DNA from: Candidatus Iainarchaeum sp.
GTDB lineage: Archaea; Iainarchaeota; Iainarchaeia; Iainarchaeales; GCA-2688035
Length of the DNA: 64,000 nucleotides
Reading direction: 5' to 3'
Assembly (NCBI GenBank): GCA_002688035.1
Contig: NZBU01000012.1
Location: 18,272 to 82,271, forward strand
Shown: one piece after another, positions 28,169-37,232 of the stretch
Layout of the letters: every line of letters starts with the position of its first letter
How positions within the stretch are numbered: the first letter of the stretch is position 1
Notes under the pieces: model-generated
Database searches by the model: none
The model's input: the letters and a program-made list of their open reading frames with translations, nothing else
Told to the model about the DNA's origin: nothing
Position numbers and translations under genes: made by a program

Positions 28169-28799
28169 GATAAAAATTATTCCCTCGCTAATTGCAGAAA
28201 CCCAGGAAGAACTCGATGAAAGAATAAATCATATTAAGGATGCGGCAAAGTGGCTGCAAATGGATATCATGGACAAAAAATTTGTTCCAAGCAGTTCAAT
28301 TGAGTTTGATTTCGTGCTTCCAAATGGGGTATGCAAATTTGAAGCCCACTTAATGCTTGAAGATCCGGTAACTTGGATAAATAAACACGCGCACAAGGTT
28401 GACACAATTCTCGTTCATATCGAGTCTTGTGAGGATCCTGAAGCAATAATTGAGATGGTTAAAGGTAAAGGGAAGAAAATGGGTTTTGCGCTTCGCCCTG
28501 AAACCCTTGTAAGCACGGTTGAAGAGTATTTGGATAAAATTGAAGAAGTTCTGTTTATGACTGTAGAACCAGGTTTTTATGGTGCAAAATTCCTGCCTGA
28601 AACACTGGACAAAGTAAAAGAACTAAGGGCAATAGATTCCAAAATTGACATCGAGGTTGACGGCGGAATCAGCCCTGAAACAATTCGTCTGGCTTTTGAC
28701 GCAGGGGCAAATTATTTTATTTCAGGATCATATTTAATTAAATCAAATAATCCAAAAGAGGCCATCAAGTCAATGCTGAAACTCCTGCCTTCTCCATGA
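28161..28799 (+). CDS. rpe: Ribulose-phosphate 3-epimerase
   Basis: DIMD..FVP, EAHLM, MTVEPGF, EVDGG. Confidence 0.95.
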   Translation: MPEIKIIPSLIAETQEELDERINHIKDAAKWLQMDIMDKKFVPSSSIEFDFVLPNGVCKFEAHLMLEDPVTWINKHAHKVDTILVHIESCEDPEAIIEMVKGKGKKMGFALRPETLVSTVEEYLDKIEEVLFMTVEPGFYGAKFLPETLDKVKELRAIDSKIDIEVDGGISPETIRLAFDAGANYFISGSYLIKSNNPKEAIKSMLKLLPSP

Positions 28800-28863
28800 G
28801 TAATACTAGTTCCTTCTTTTTTTCTTTCTTTTTAAAACACTTTTCCTGAACAAGTTTTAGTGA

Positions 28864-29508
28864 ATGATTATGGAATCACTAGAGCAAGAGCTAAGGAAGT
28901 TACAGAAAACTACCGTGAGCAAGAAAGTAGGTCAGCGGTTGCGTGAATTCAAGTCTTTCGGCAAAAAAGATCCGAAAGAGTGGTTCTCAGAGCTGTGTTT
29001 CTGCCTTCTTACTGCCAATTCAAAGGCCCAATCAGCTCTCCAAATACAAGAAAAATTGGGTTCGGAGGGCTTTTGTAACGCCCGTTCTGAGGATGTGAAG
29101 AAGTGCATTATTTGGGCAAAGCATCGCTTCCACAACAACAAAACCAATTTCATTGTTCAGGCAAGAGAACACCTTGATATTAAGGAAAAGATCGAATTTA
29201 TTGTAGCGCAGTCTGGAGAAGAGCAGGCAAGGGAGTGGCTTGTGCACAATATCAAAGGCCTGGGGTATAAGGAGGCTTCGCATTTCCTGCGCAATGTCGG
29301 CTACTTTAACTTGGCAATTCTTGATAGGCATATCCTAAATCTGATGGCCGAGAACAAGATTATTTCTGAAAAACCAAAGAGTCTCACAAAAAAGAACTAT
29401 TTGGAAATAGAGAAAAAGTTTCAAGCCCTTGCTTTAAAACTTGGATTAATTGTTGCAGAGCTTGATCTTTACATGTGGTATATGAAGACTGGTGAAGTCC
29501 TCAAGTAA
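28864..29508 (+). CDS. ogg: 8-oxoguanine DNA glycosylase/AP lyase (Ogg2)
   Basis: ELCFCLLTAN, KGLGYKEASHFLRNVG, AILDRH, C-terminal K. Confidence 0.96.
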   Translation: MIMESLEQELRKLQKTTVSKKVGQRLREFKSFGKKDPKEWFSELCFCLLTANSKAQSALQIQEKLGSEGFCNARSEDVKKCIIWAKHRFHNNKTNFIVQAREHLDIKEKIEFIVAQSGEEQAREWLVHNIKGLGYKEASHFLRNVGYFNLAILDRHILNLMAENKIISEKPKSLTKKNYLEIEKKFQALALKLGLIVAELDLYMWYMKTGEVLK

Positions 29509-30042
29509 CTATCCTAGGATAAAATCGTCTGTGCTTGTCCAAGCTGAAAAAAGCGCGTCCAAAAACTCGAAGTGCTCTGCCTCAAAGTCCGCAAGGTTGT
29601 TGAAGAATTCTTTTGCCTCATCCAACTCTGCTTTGTTAGCTTGCGTTCTGTAGAATAGCTCTGCTTTTTTCTCTGCACGCATGGCCCAAAGTAAAATTGT
29701 TAATTCATTCTTCTCGCCGAATTCATCTATATTCTCTTTCTTGTTTGGATAAATTTTTGGAGGGGCTGGTCCACGCAAATCCTCTTTGTTTATGACTGCA
29801 AACCTGCCATCTTCTTGGAGTTTCTGTGCAACAGTGTCAAGTATCTCAAAGTGCTTTTGTTCCTGGCTCGCGAGAAACTCAAAAGCAGTCTTAAGCTCTT
29901 TTTCCTCTGTTCTCTCCGCATTCCTCGCATAAAAGTCTCTGGCCCTAGTCTCAATCTCCTTTCCTATCGCAATAGCAGTGCTTATTTCTGTGCTGTAAGC
30001 TTTTGGTATATCAGTAAATCTCGTTATTATTGTGTCATCCAT
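29509..30042 (-). CDS. Ferritin/rubrerythrin-like diiron protein
   Basis: Two E..(A)..FY...E..H repeats. Confidence 0.88.
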   Translation of the reverse strand: MDDTIITRFTDIPKAYSTEISTAIAIGKEIETRARDFYARNAERTEEKELKTAFEFLASQEQKHFEILDTVAQKLQEDGRFAVINKEDLRGPAPPKIYPNKKENIDEFGEKNELTILLWAMRAEKKAELFYRTQANKAELDEAKEFFNNLADFEAEHFEFLDALFSAWTSTDDFILG

Positions 30043-30069
30043 TTTTACTTCCCCGTTCTTTGTTCTAAA

Positions 30070-30351
30070 TTATTTTTCTGCGTTTCCTGCTGCTGACTGT
30101 TCCTTGCCTGCGCCCCTTGTGCAATAGTAGTTCCAGCGCAAAGACATTTGTCCTGTAATTGGGCAACTTGGACACAAACAACCTTTCTCTTCTTTGATTG
30201 CATTACTTTTTCCAAGTGCACAGAAAGCAAGTTCTGTTTCACCTGTTCCCTTATAACTTGGGCACTCTCCGCAAAATGTCTTACAGACTTCTTTTATTTT
30301 CTCGATTGCCTGCGTTCTCTCTTCCTCAGACATATCCTTCATTCCTTCCAT
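30070..30351 (-). CDS. DUF2769-like small Cys-rich protein
   Basis: CGECPSY, FCALGKS, GCLCPSCP, YYC..G. Confidence 0.85.
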   Translation of the reverse strand: MEGMKDMSEEERTQAIEKIKEVCKTFCGECPSYKGTGETELAFCALGKSNAIKEEKGCLCPSCPITGQMSLRWNYYCTRGAGKEQSAAGNAEK

Positions 30352-30384
30352 TTTCTCTTCGTATGTTCCTTCTATTCTTTCGCC

Positions 30385-30759
30385 TCACAATTCTTTTGTT
30401 CCTTTCCAGGTGCCGTGCATGTTACAATGCGCCAGTGCCCTCAATTCGTGTAAGTGGTTTAGTGTAACTGTGAAAACTGCGGTTGGTGCGGCTCTCTCTG
30501 ATGCAAAATCAACTCTTCCAATAAAAGTGTCTTCGCTGTACAATTCAATCCATGCTATAAAGTGTCCATGTTCATTTGGATGCGCCAAATATTCTCCAAC
30601 TTTTACACTGACTTCAAAAGCTTCTCCCTCTTTTGGAGTTCCTGAAACACTTATTACAGGAGTATGCTTTTTCTCAAGGTCACTCATTTCCTCCGAGCTC
30701 TGGCTCTTTGCAAGGTTTATTCCACAAAACAAATCCTCTTCACATTTAGGTCCAGCCAT
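30385..30759 (-). CDS. sor: Superoxide reductase (neelaredoxin type)
   Basis: EKKHTP, HP....HFI.WIEL, CNMHG. Confidence 0.93.
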   Translation of the reverse strand: MAGPKCEEDLFCGINLAKSQSSEEMSDLEKKHTPVISVSGTPKEGEAFEVSVKVGEYLAHPNEHGHFIAWIELYSEDTFIGRVDFASERAAPTAVFTVTLNHLHELRALAHCNMHGTWKGTKEL

Positions 30760-30770
30760 ATTCTTTCCCC

Positions 30771-31295
30771 CTATGATTTAATTCTCTCACCGCTTAACTG
30801 CAAATGATCTTTTTCAACTAGTGTAAGCGCGGCAAAAATTTGTTTAACTCTCGTGTTCTCGGAGTCTACTGCAGCTTTGCTGTAAAACTCTATTGCCTTC
30901 TCCTCGCGATCGTGAGATTCTTTCAGGTTGTCTTGGTTTGAAACAGCGCATTCATCAGACTTTCCCATATCTTCCTTTGGAAGCTTTAGAATTTTTCGCC
31001 ATATTGAGGCATGCTCAGCTTCAACTTTTCCCAAAGCTTTGAACAACTGCTTGCCTTCCTCATTATCTGTCTTTTCTGCAGCACAAAAATAGAATATTGT
31101 ATTTGAAATCTCAAGCTCCAATGCCTTTTCGGCATTTGCCCTGTCTTTCTCGTTTAATTCAACGTCAAATGTTTCCTTGTAATCTTTTGCTTCAACCATG
31201 AAATTCTCTTTGGCTCCGCAGAATGGGCACCTGCTAGGCTTCTCTTCCCCAATATAGGGGTTGCCACAGATTTTGCATCTAAAGAGTTTTATCAT
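30771..31295 (-). CDS. Rubredoxin plus ferritin-like protein (reverse rubrerythrin type)
   Basis: N-terminal CKICG..CPFCG, then diiron E..H motifs. Confidence 0.9.
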   Translation of the reverse strand: MIKLFRCKICGNPYIGEEKPSRCPFCGAKENFMVEAKDYKETFDVELNEKDRANAEKALELEISNTIFYFCAAEKTDNEEGKQLFKALGKVEAEHASIWRKILKLPKEDMGKSDECAVSNQDNLKESHDREEKAIEFYSKAAVDSENTRVKQIFAALTLVEKDHLQLSGERIKS

Positions 31296-31307
31296 ATTTC
31301 TTTCTCC

Positions 31308-31811
31308 TTACTCAATCTTCTTAAAATTCTCTTTCTTTGTCTTGCAGACCGGACACTCTTCCGGAGCTTCATTTTCCACAGTATGGCCACAGACTTGGCA
31401 CACAAAAATTTCTTTCTTCTCAAGGTCAGTTTCTTGTTCTATTGATTCCAGTGCTTTCTTGTAGAGCTCTGCATGTTGCTTTTCAGCCTCGTTTGCTCCC
31501 TGGAATACAATCTTCGCAGCGGCTTCTCCTTCTTCTTCTGCATCACTAATCATTTTAGGGTACATTTCATTAAATTCATAGGTTTCCCCGGTAATGGCTT
31601 CCTTCAGGTTCTCGGCAGTGCTTTTAATGCCATCCATTGTCCTAAGGTGATTTAGTGCGTGTACTGTTTCAGCATCTGCAGCTGCTCTGAATACTTTTGC
31701 GACCTGCTCAAAGCCTTCTTCCTCTGCTTTTTTTGCAAAAGCCAAATATTTTCTGTTAGCCTGGCTCTCACCTGCAAAAGCTGCTTTCAAGTTTTCCTGA
31801 GTTTTACCCAT
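31308..31811 (-). CDS. rbr: Rubrerythrin
   Basis: AFAGESQA, AETVHA, GETYE, CQVCG..CPVC. Confidence 0.96.
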   Translation of the reverse strand: MGKTQENLKAAFAGESQANRKYLAFAKKAEEEGFEQVAKVFRAAADAETVHALNHLRTMDGIKSTAENLKEAITGETYEFNEMYPKMISDAEEEGEAAAKIVFQGANEAEKQHAELYKKALESIEQETDLEKKEIFVCQVCGHTVENEAPEECPVCKTKKENFKKIE

Positions 31812-31838
31812 ATTTGATCTCCTTCCCCAATTTTTTTA

Positions 31839-31890
31839 AGTATACTAATGTAAAACTTATTAAAACCAATTTGGTATCCGGAATGAAACC
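31839..31890 (-). promoter_or_regulatory. Rubrerythrin-operon promoter with GGTATC-N6-GAAACC site
   Basis: Same spacing to AAAACC/TATA and to AGTATACT as the promoter at 15957-16009. Confidence 0.6.
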
Positions 31891-31893
31891 CTT

Positions 31894-32247
31894 TTATCTA
31901 GAGTAAGTTATTCCTGGAATTGGTTCATCTGCACTTTCCTGCTTTTTCTTTGTTTTCGCCGCTAAGTATTTCTTGAACATTTCCCAGAGTTCCTTCCCTG
32001 GCTTGCCCTTGAGAACCTTAATTATTTCCTGGCGGGGAATAGCTGGAGAAACTCCCTTAATAGGATTATAGTCTACGAGTACTATGTCATGAATCTTTGT
32101 GCTTGGCGCAAGACTTGGCTCTATATTTAGAACAAGCTCGTTACCATCCCACATTTCAATTACTGCCTGTACGCTTGCATCGCTTGCAATAACATCTTTC
32201 CCTGGCTTTATCACTTTTAGAACTTTTCCAACATGAAAATTGACCAC
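31894..32247 (-). CDS. Hypothetical protein
   Basis: 117-aa ORF, G-rich RBS-like run upstream, fills the gap. Confidence 0.75.
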   Translation of the reverse strand: MVNFHVGKVLKVIKPGKDVIASDASVQAVIEMWDGNELVLNIEPSLAPSTKIHDIVLVDYNPIKGVSPAIPRQEIIKVLKGKPGKELWEMFKKYLAAKTKKKQESADEPIPGITYSR

Positions 32248-32296
32248 TTCAAATCCCCCCTAGTCCAATAATAGTTTTTTATGATACTTAGTTCTT

Positions 32297-34036
32297 TTAA
32301 ATGGTGAATTCATCTGAGTACTTGCGCTTCAGGAAATCCAATTCCAGGTGTTTGTGTTCCTTGAGATCACTTATCACAATTCCAATTTTTTCGGCTGCAA
32401 TCTGGCTTGGAACAAGTACTATATCGGCCTTTTTCTCGTAGAGCTCACGTGCCTCTCCAACAGTTGAAGCAAGAATAATCAAATGCCGATCTGTTTTCTT
32501 TTTCTTATTAAATTCTCTGACAAGTCTCTCGTTTGTTTCAGGATCCATAACGGTCGAAACAATTATGTGCGGCTTTTTTCTCATTATATATTTAATTGTC
32601 TCGAGATCTGCGACATCACCATAAATGCAATGGAAGTTATCTTTCATGCAGCGCTTTATTACTCTTGGATCATAGTCGACTAGCAAAACATCTTCTTTTG
32701 CTGTTTTCAAACTGCGGAAAAGTTTTTGGCCTGTTTCTCCAAATCCAAGCAGAATCAGGGGATAGGGCTTTGATTTCGCACTTGAAAGCTCATCCTCCCA
32801 GAACCTTGGCTTGTTTAGTATTGGAATGTGCTTGAACAATTTTTCGTAAATCCTGTTGTTATAAAGTATGAAATATGTTGAGATGCTGATTGTTATTACT
32901 GCGACAAGAGTTACCATTGATGTGAGTTCGCCTGAAAGTTGCCCAACCTCTTCGCCCAGCAATATTACTATAAGTGAGAACTCGCTGATCTGCGCAAAGC
33001 CGGATGCAGTAAGAAAAGATGTTCTGCCCTTATATCCAAGAAAGGTCATTAGAATAAAGATAATCAATGGATTTCCAACCAAGACAATAAACGAAAAAAC
33101 CAGAGCAGGCACAAGAACTGCTGAGGAGGTAAATGGTAAACTTAGTCCCAAGTAAACAAAGAATAACACAATAAAGAAGTCCCGCAGGTAACGAAGCTTT
33201 GCAAATACCTCGTAGCTATAAGGAAGAGAGGCGATTGAAACACCTGCAATAAATGCCCCGATCTCTTTTGATTGGATAAGAATCATTGAGAGTGATGCTA
33301 GTGCAAAGCACCAACTTATTCCACCCAAGAACAAGAGGTCTTGTGATCTTGCAAGGCTGTCAAATATTCTTTTGATTAGATACTTTGAAACAATCCAAAC
33401 TACAATGGCAAGAAGTGCCAGCTTGAAAATAAAAACAAAGATTTGTTGTGAGAGAACAGCCTGTGTCCGCATTGTTGAAATAAATATTAGGGCAAGTATT
33501 GCCACAAAGTCCTGTACTAACAAGAAACCAATTGAAATCTTTGCATAAAGCGAATTAAGATCATGCTTGTCGGTCAACAGTTTTACTACAATAATGGTGC
33601 TGCTAAAGGTCAGAGCAAGTGCGATATAAGTTGACTCTATAAAACTAAAGCCAAAAACCATTGTGCCAACAACAAAACCAATTGTAAACGTGAAAGCAAT
33701 TTGCCCCAAACCAGTGATTATACTTGTTCTCCCAATATCCTTGAGAACTTTTGGATCAAGATTTATTCCAACCAAAAACAATAGGAAGGCAATCCCTAGG
33801 TCTGAGAACACTAGTACCATATCGGTAAAGCTGATCACATCAAAGAATGTGCTTCCAAGCAGTACTCCTGTTACAATAAACGCCAAAATAGTGGGTTGCT
33901 TTAGCTTTCTGAAAATAATGCCAAGTATTACTGCCGCGATTATAACCGCGGATAGCTCCATAAAGAAGCCTGGTTCTGCAACAAGACCCAATGCTACTGC
34001 TTGTTCTGCAAGAAATCCCAGTATGGTTGAAGGCAT
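32297..34036 (-). CDS. CPA2 cation:proton antiporter with KTN (TrkA-N) domain
   Basis: About 12 TMs, FSSTIIVVK, QD, QISEFS, LGFGETG, YGD. Confidence 0.93.
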   Translation of the reverse strand: MPSTILGFLAEQAVALGLVAEPGFFMELSAVIIAAVILGIIFRKLKQPTILAFIVTGVLLGSTFFDVISFTDMVLVFSDLGIAFLLFLVGINLDPKVLKDIGRTSIITGLGQIAFTFTIGFVVGTMVFGFSFIESTYIALALTFSSTIIVVKLLTDKHDLNSLYAKISIGFLLVQDFVAILALIFISTMRTQAVLSQQIFVFIFKLALLAIVVWIVSKYLIKRIFDSLARSQDLLFLGGISWCFALASLSMILIQSKEIGAFIAGVSIASLPYSYEVFAKLRYLRDFFIVLFFVYLGLSLPFTSSAVLVPALVFSFIVLVGNPLIIFILMTFLGYKGRTSFLTASGFAQISEFSLIVILLGEEVGQLSGELTSMVTLVAVITISISTYFILYNNRIYEKLFKHIPILNKPRFWEDELSSAKSKPYPLILLGFGETGQKLFRSLKTAKEDVLLVDYDPRVIKRCMKDNFHCIYGDVADLETIKYIMRKKPHIIVSTVMDPETNERLVREFNKKKKTDRHLIILASTVGEARELYEKKADIVLVPSQIAAEKIGIVISDLKEHKHLELDFLKRKYSDEFTI

Positions 34037-34096
34037 GTATAAAGGACAGTCTAACTCATTTATAATGCTTTATTGTCGGCAAAAAATTAGGTATTT

Positions 34097-34543
34097 TTAG
34101 TTGTTTTTGCAGTATCTTTCTGTTCCCTTACTCCACAAACCATCGACACACTTTGCGCGCTGCCACTTTACCATGTATCCGTTTGCAAGGCACTTGATCT
34201 GTGTATCACCAATTCCAAGGGCGCAGAATTCTCCGTGGGCATACTCTTCTCCCTTATTGCAGCCGTCATACTGGAAATTAGCTTCTTTCTCGTGCTCAAT
34301 TACAACGGTTTCTTCCATCCAAATACAGCTTCTATGCGAGCTATCCTGCGCGCAGGGCTTGCACAAAATACTTCCTTCCTCATCAAAGCCGTAAACACAC
34401 TTTCCTGCCGGACACTGCTGCGAAGCAGGCACAAAAATCTTTGCAATATCCTCGCCATAAGTAACCCCTATAAATCCTGCAAAGGCCACTAGGAAGATGA
34501 CGAATATTATTGTTTTTCTTTCAATGGCAATGCTTACCGACAT
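34097..34543 (-). CDS. Membrane-anchored Cys-rich hypothetical protein
   Basis: N-terminal TM and multiple Cys. Confidence 0.7.
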   Translation of the reverse strand: MSVSIAIERKTIIFVIFLVAFAGFIGVTYGEDIAKIFVPASQQCPAGKCVYGFDEEGSILCKPCAQDSSHRSCIWMEETVVIEHEKEANFQYDGCNKGEEYAHGEFCALGIGDTQIKCLANGYMVKWQRAKCVDGLWSKGTERYCKNN

Positions 34544-34642
34544 AGTTCTAATTATGCTTTTTCTCTTAATAAAGCTATCTTGGCTTGGTTTCAAACTCAG
34601 AAAGCTTTAAATTTGGCAAAACCCTTTAGTATTTTGGTTTAT

Positions 34643-35575
34643 ATGCCTGAGCCAAGAGACCGAGGTTTTTTCGACAAGGTGAATAACGCATTCTTCGTGA
34701 TAGTTGATAGTCTGTTTGATTTCATGGAGAAGAAGGGATGGAACATTCCAATTGAAACCAGGTTCTTCTTCCATGCTCTCTTATTTATTGCATTATTCTA
34801 CTTTGCCAGTTCTATTTTGATTGAATCATTCTATTTTGTCGAAGCCTTGCTGATATTCCTGATCATATTGACATTTTCAATTGCAAACATTCGTCCAATA
34901 CGACAGATCCTTGGCTACTATAGTAGTGATGAGAAAATTCGTTCAATCGTGAACAAGATCAACAACAACCAGGTTAGCATTAGGGCTGTAGTGGAACACT
35001 TAAGCAAAAATCTTTTGCCACCACATCTCACGCTCAGTATTATTCATGCTTATCAAAAGAAAGCAAAAACCCTGCCACCGCGATTAATCAAGGCAGTGCT
35101 TCGCCAGCCACCAAGCCTTGATATTGTCACAGAAACAATAAAGAATGATTTGACAGATTCCGATTTCAGTGTGATGATGAGCCAATACAAGAACATGCTT
35201 AACAAGGACACTTTGTTAAAAGTGATTAAAAGTCAAAAGCTCAGTGCCAACAAGATTCGTGATACACTGTTCTTTCAGGAGTCGGCTTACAAATCCATAA
35301 AAGAGATCGCGGCCTCAACAACCGACAATGCCCTTATAGATGTTCTTGTGATTGAAAAAGAGGCTTACAGGGCCAAGCCTCTGCTCAAAAATTTTCTAAG
35401 AAACCACCACTTCTTTATTTCAATAACCCTGCCTTTAATAATTGCCATGGCGGTTACAATCCCACTTTACTATAGTTATGGAATTGTCTCTGGCGTGATA
35501 GGGTTTACTCTTTGGGTAATCTTGTTTGAGTTCTTCCACGCATACTTTATACAGGAAATCTACTTCAGGGTGTAA
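34643..35575 (+). CDS. Hypothetical membrane protein (TM pairs at both ends)
   Basis: Long ORF with hydrophobic termini. Confidence 0.75.
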   Translation: MPEPRDRGFFDKVNNAFFVIVDSLFDFMEKKGWNIPIETRFFFHALLFIALFYFASSILIESFYFVEALLIFLIILTFSIANIRPIRQILGYYSSDEKIRSIVNKINNNQVSIRAVVEHLSKNLLPPHLTLSIIHAYQKKAKTLPPRLIKAVLRQPPSLDIVTETIKNDLTDSDFSVMMSQYKNMLNKDTLLKVIKSQKLSANKIRDTLFFQESAYKSIKEIAASTTDNALIDVLVIEKEAYRAKPLLKNFLRNHHFFISITLPLIIAMAVTIPLYYSYGIVSGVIGFTLWVILFEFFHAYFIQEIYFRV

Positions 35576-35578
35576 AAT

Positions 35579-36163
35579 TTGGCGTTGTTATTTGTAACTG
35601 GAAATGAGCATAAGTTTGATGAAGTAAGCGCTATGCTCAAAAGCTTTGATATTGAGCTTCATCGCAAATCATTTGATTTCATTGAACCGCCGCTCCCTAC
35701 ACTCAAAGCAATCGCGTTGTCTAAGGCTGAGCAGGCATTTGAAAAATTTAAGGTTCCACTCATTGTTGAGGATACAGGAATTTACTTTAAGGCCTACAAC
35801 AATTTTCCAGGAACAGAACCAAAGCGTGCATTCAACGCACTTGGTCATGACGGTCTGCTCAGACTCCTCAAAGGCAAGAATCGAGAAGTATTCTTCCACA
35901 CGGTCATCTGTTTTTATGAGGGCCAAAACGCCAAACACTTCTTTGAGGGAAAGCTGGAAGGAAAAGCAACAACAAAAGTAATCAAGCCAAATGCAAATGT
36001 AATGCCATACGAGAAAATCTTTATTCCAAAGGGAGAGAAGCGCTCTCTAGCAGAAATTCCACGTAGCGAAAAGAATGTCTTTTCGCATAGGGCAATTGCA
36101 ACCCACAAACTCGGGAAATGGCTCAAAGAGAAGGCTTTGGACGACTTATTGGACTCAATATAA
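35579..36163 (+). CDS. rdgB: Non-canonical purine NTP pyrophosphatase (HAM1/ITPase)
   Basis: FVTGN.HK, VEDTG, FPG, EKN..SHR. Confidence 0.93.
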   Translation: MALLFVTGNEHKFDEVSAMLKSFDIELHRKSFDFIEPPLPTLKAIALSKAEQAFEKFKVPLIVEDTGIYFKAYNNFPGTEPKRAFNALGHDGLLRLLKGKNREVFFHTVICFYEGQNAKHFFEGKLEGKATTKVIKPNANVMPYEKIFIPKGEKRSLAEIPRSEKNVFSHRAIATHKLGKWLKEKALDDLLDSI

Positions 36164-36205
36164 GTTTCTTAAAGTTATGCCGCCACTTCTTATTTATCAA
36201 ATAAT

Positions 36206-36321
36206 GCGGGGATCCCATAGCGGCAATTGGGTCAGGCTTAGGCAGTTTGTTAGACTGTTTCTTCAAACTGAAGTGACCTGATGGCTTAGTGCCTTCGGGG
36301 GTTCGAGTCCTCCTCCCCGCA
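36206..36321 (+). tRNA. tRNA-Leu(TAG) with 33-nt intron at 37/38 (36243-36275)
   Basis: Acceptor GCGGGGA/TCCCCGC, anticodon stem TCAGG/CCTGA, long variable arm, GGTTCGAGTCC, BHB-like junction. Confidence 0.92.
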
Positions 36322-36334
36322 AAAATTAGTTTTG

Positions 36335-36958
36335 TTAAATTAGTCCTTTTTTTGGAAGGTCCTTTACTTTCTTCGCGCCTTTCTTCAACTTTGAGATTAG
36401 TCTCTCCCTTTCTTTCTCCCTTGGGAGTAGTACCCATCCGCCCTTGTCAATTTTTGCATTGGCCACGATGTGTATCAGGCCATCCTTGTCGCGGATCCTT
36501 GTTTTTCTCAAGTCCACTTCTACTATTTCTCCTTCAACACTGCCAACTTTAATTCTGTCACCCAAGTCAAAGTGCTTGTCTCCTAACAAAAGGATTCCGC
36601 CAACAACATCTGCCAAAGAATCTTTTACTGCAAGCGCAATTGCAAGTCCTGCAAGTGTTCCACCAGCAATTAGTGTTGCAAATATTTCATCCTGCCCAAG
36701 CTGACCAACAAGCCACACAATAACAAAAAACCAGGCAATCCATCCGATAGCCCTGTAAGCAAGGTACTCCAAATCAGGGTTAAAGTCAACTTTGTCAAGA
36801 GCTTTTTTGATAAGTTTTTGTAAGATATATATCCCGATGTATGCGGCGAAAAGTGTTCCACCAACAAATAGTAGTAATGGCAGAGCTCCGGCAAAAGTAG
36901 CATATACTTTGTCCAGCCCTGAAAAGATTGATTCAAATCCTACGAGTTCTCCGGCCAT
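36335..36958 (-). CDS. mscS: Small-conductance mechanosensitive channel
   Basis: GLAIALAVKDSLAD..GG, F.LGD.I, G.I.EV.LRKT. Confidence 0.9.
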   Translation of the reverse strand: MAGELVGFESIFSGLDKVYATFAGALPLLLFVGGTLFAAYIGIYILQKLIKKALDKVDFNPDLEYLAYRAIGWIAWFFVIVWLVGQLGQDEIFATLIAGGTLAGLAIALAVKDSLADVVGGILLLGDKHFDLGDRIKVGSVEGEIVEVDLRKTRIRDKDGLIHIVANAKIDKGGWVLLPREKERERLISKLKKGAKKVKDLPKKGLI

Positions 36959-37019
36959 TGTAATCACTTAATCCATTAGGCTGCTTTAGTTTAAATACTT
37001 TTTGTGGACGGCTTCTTTT

Positions 37020-37223
37020 ATGGGTGAATGTAAAAAAGATTCAAATAAGAGCAGGTGCAATTGTACTTATGAGCCTTGTTCGCGAAAAGGTGTTTGCTGT
37101 GACTGCATTACCTACCACTTGAAAATGGATGAGCTTCCGGCATGCTGTTTTAGCAAGAGTGCAGAGCAGAGCTATGATCGAAGTATAGAAGCGTTTATTG
37201 AAGACTACAAAAACAGGAAATAG
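37020..37223 (+). CDS. Small Cys-rich protein (DUF6485-like)
   Basis: [20 protein letters not shown]...ELPAC.F. Confidence 0.85.
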   Translation: MGECKKDSNKSRCNCTYEPCSRKGVCCDCITYHLKMDELPACCFSKSAEQSYDRSIEAFIEDYKNRK

Positions 37224-37232
37224 ATTTTTTAT

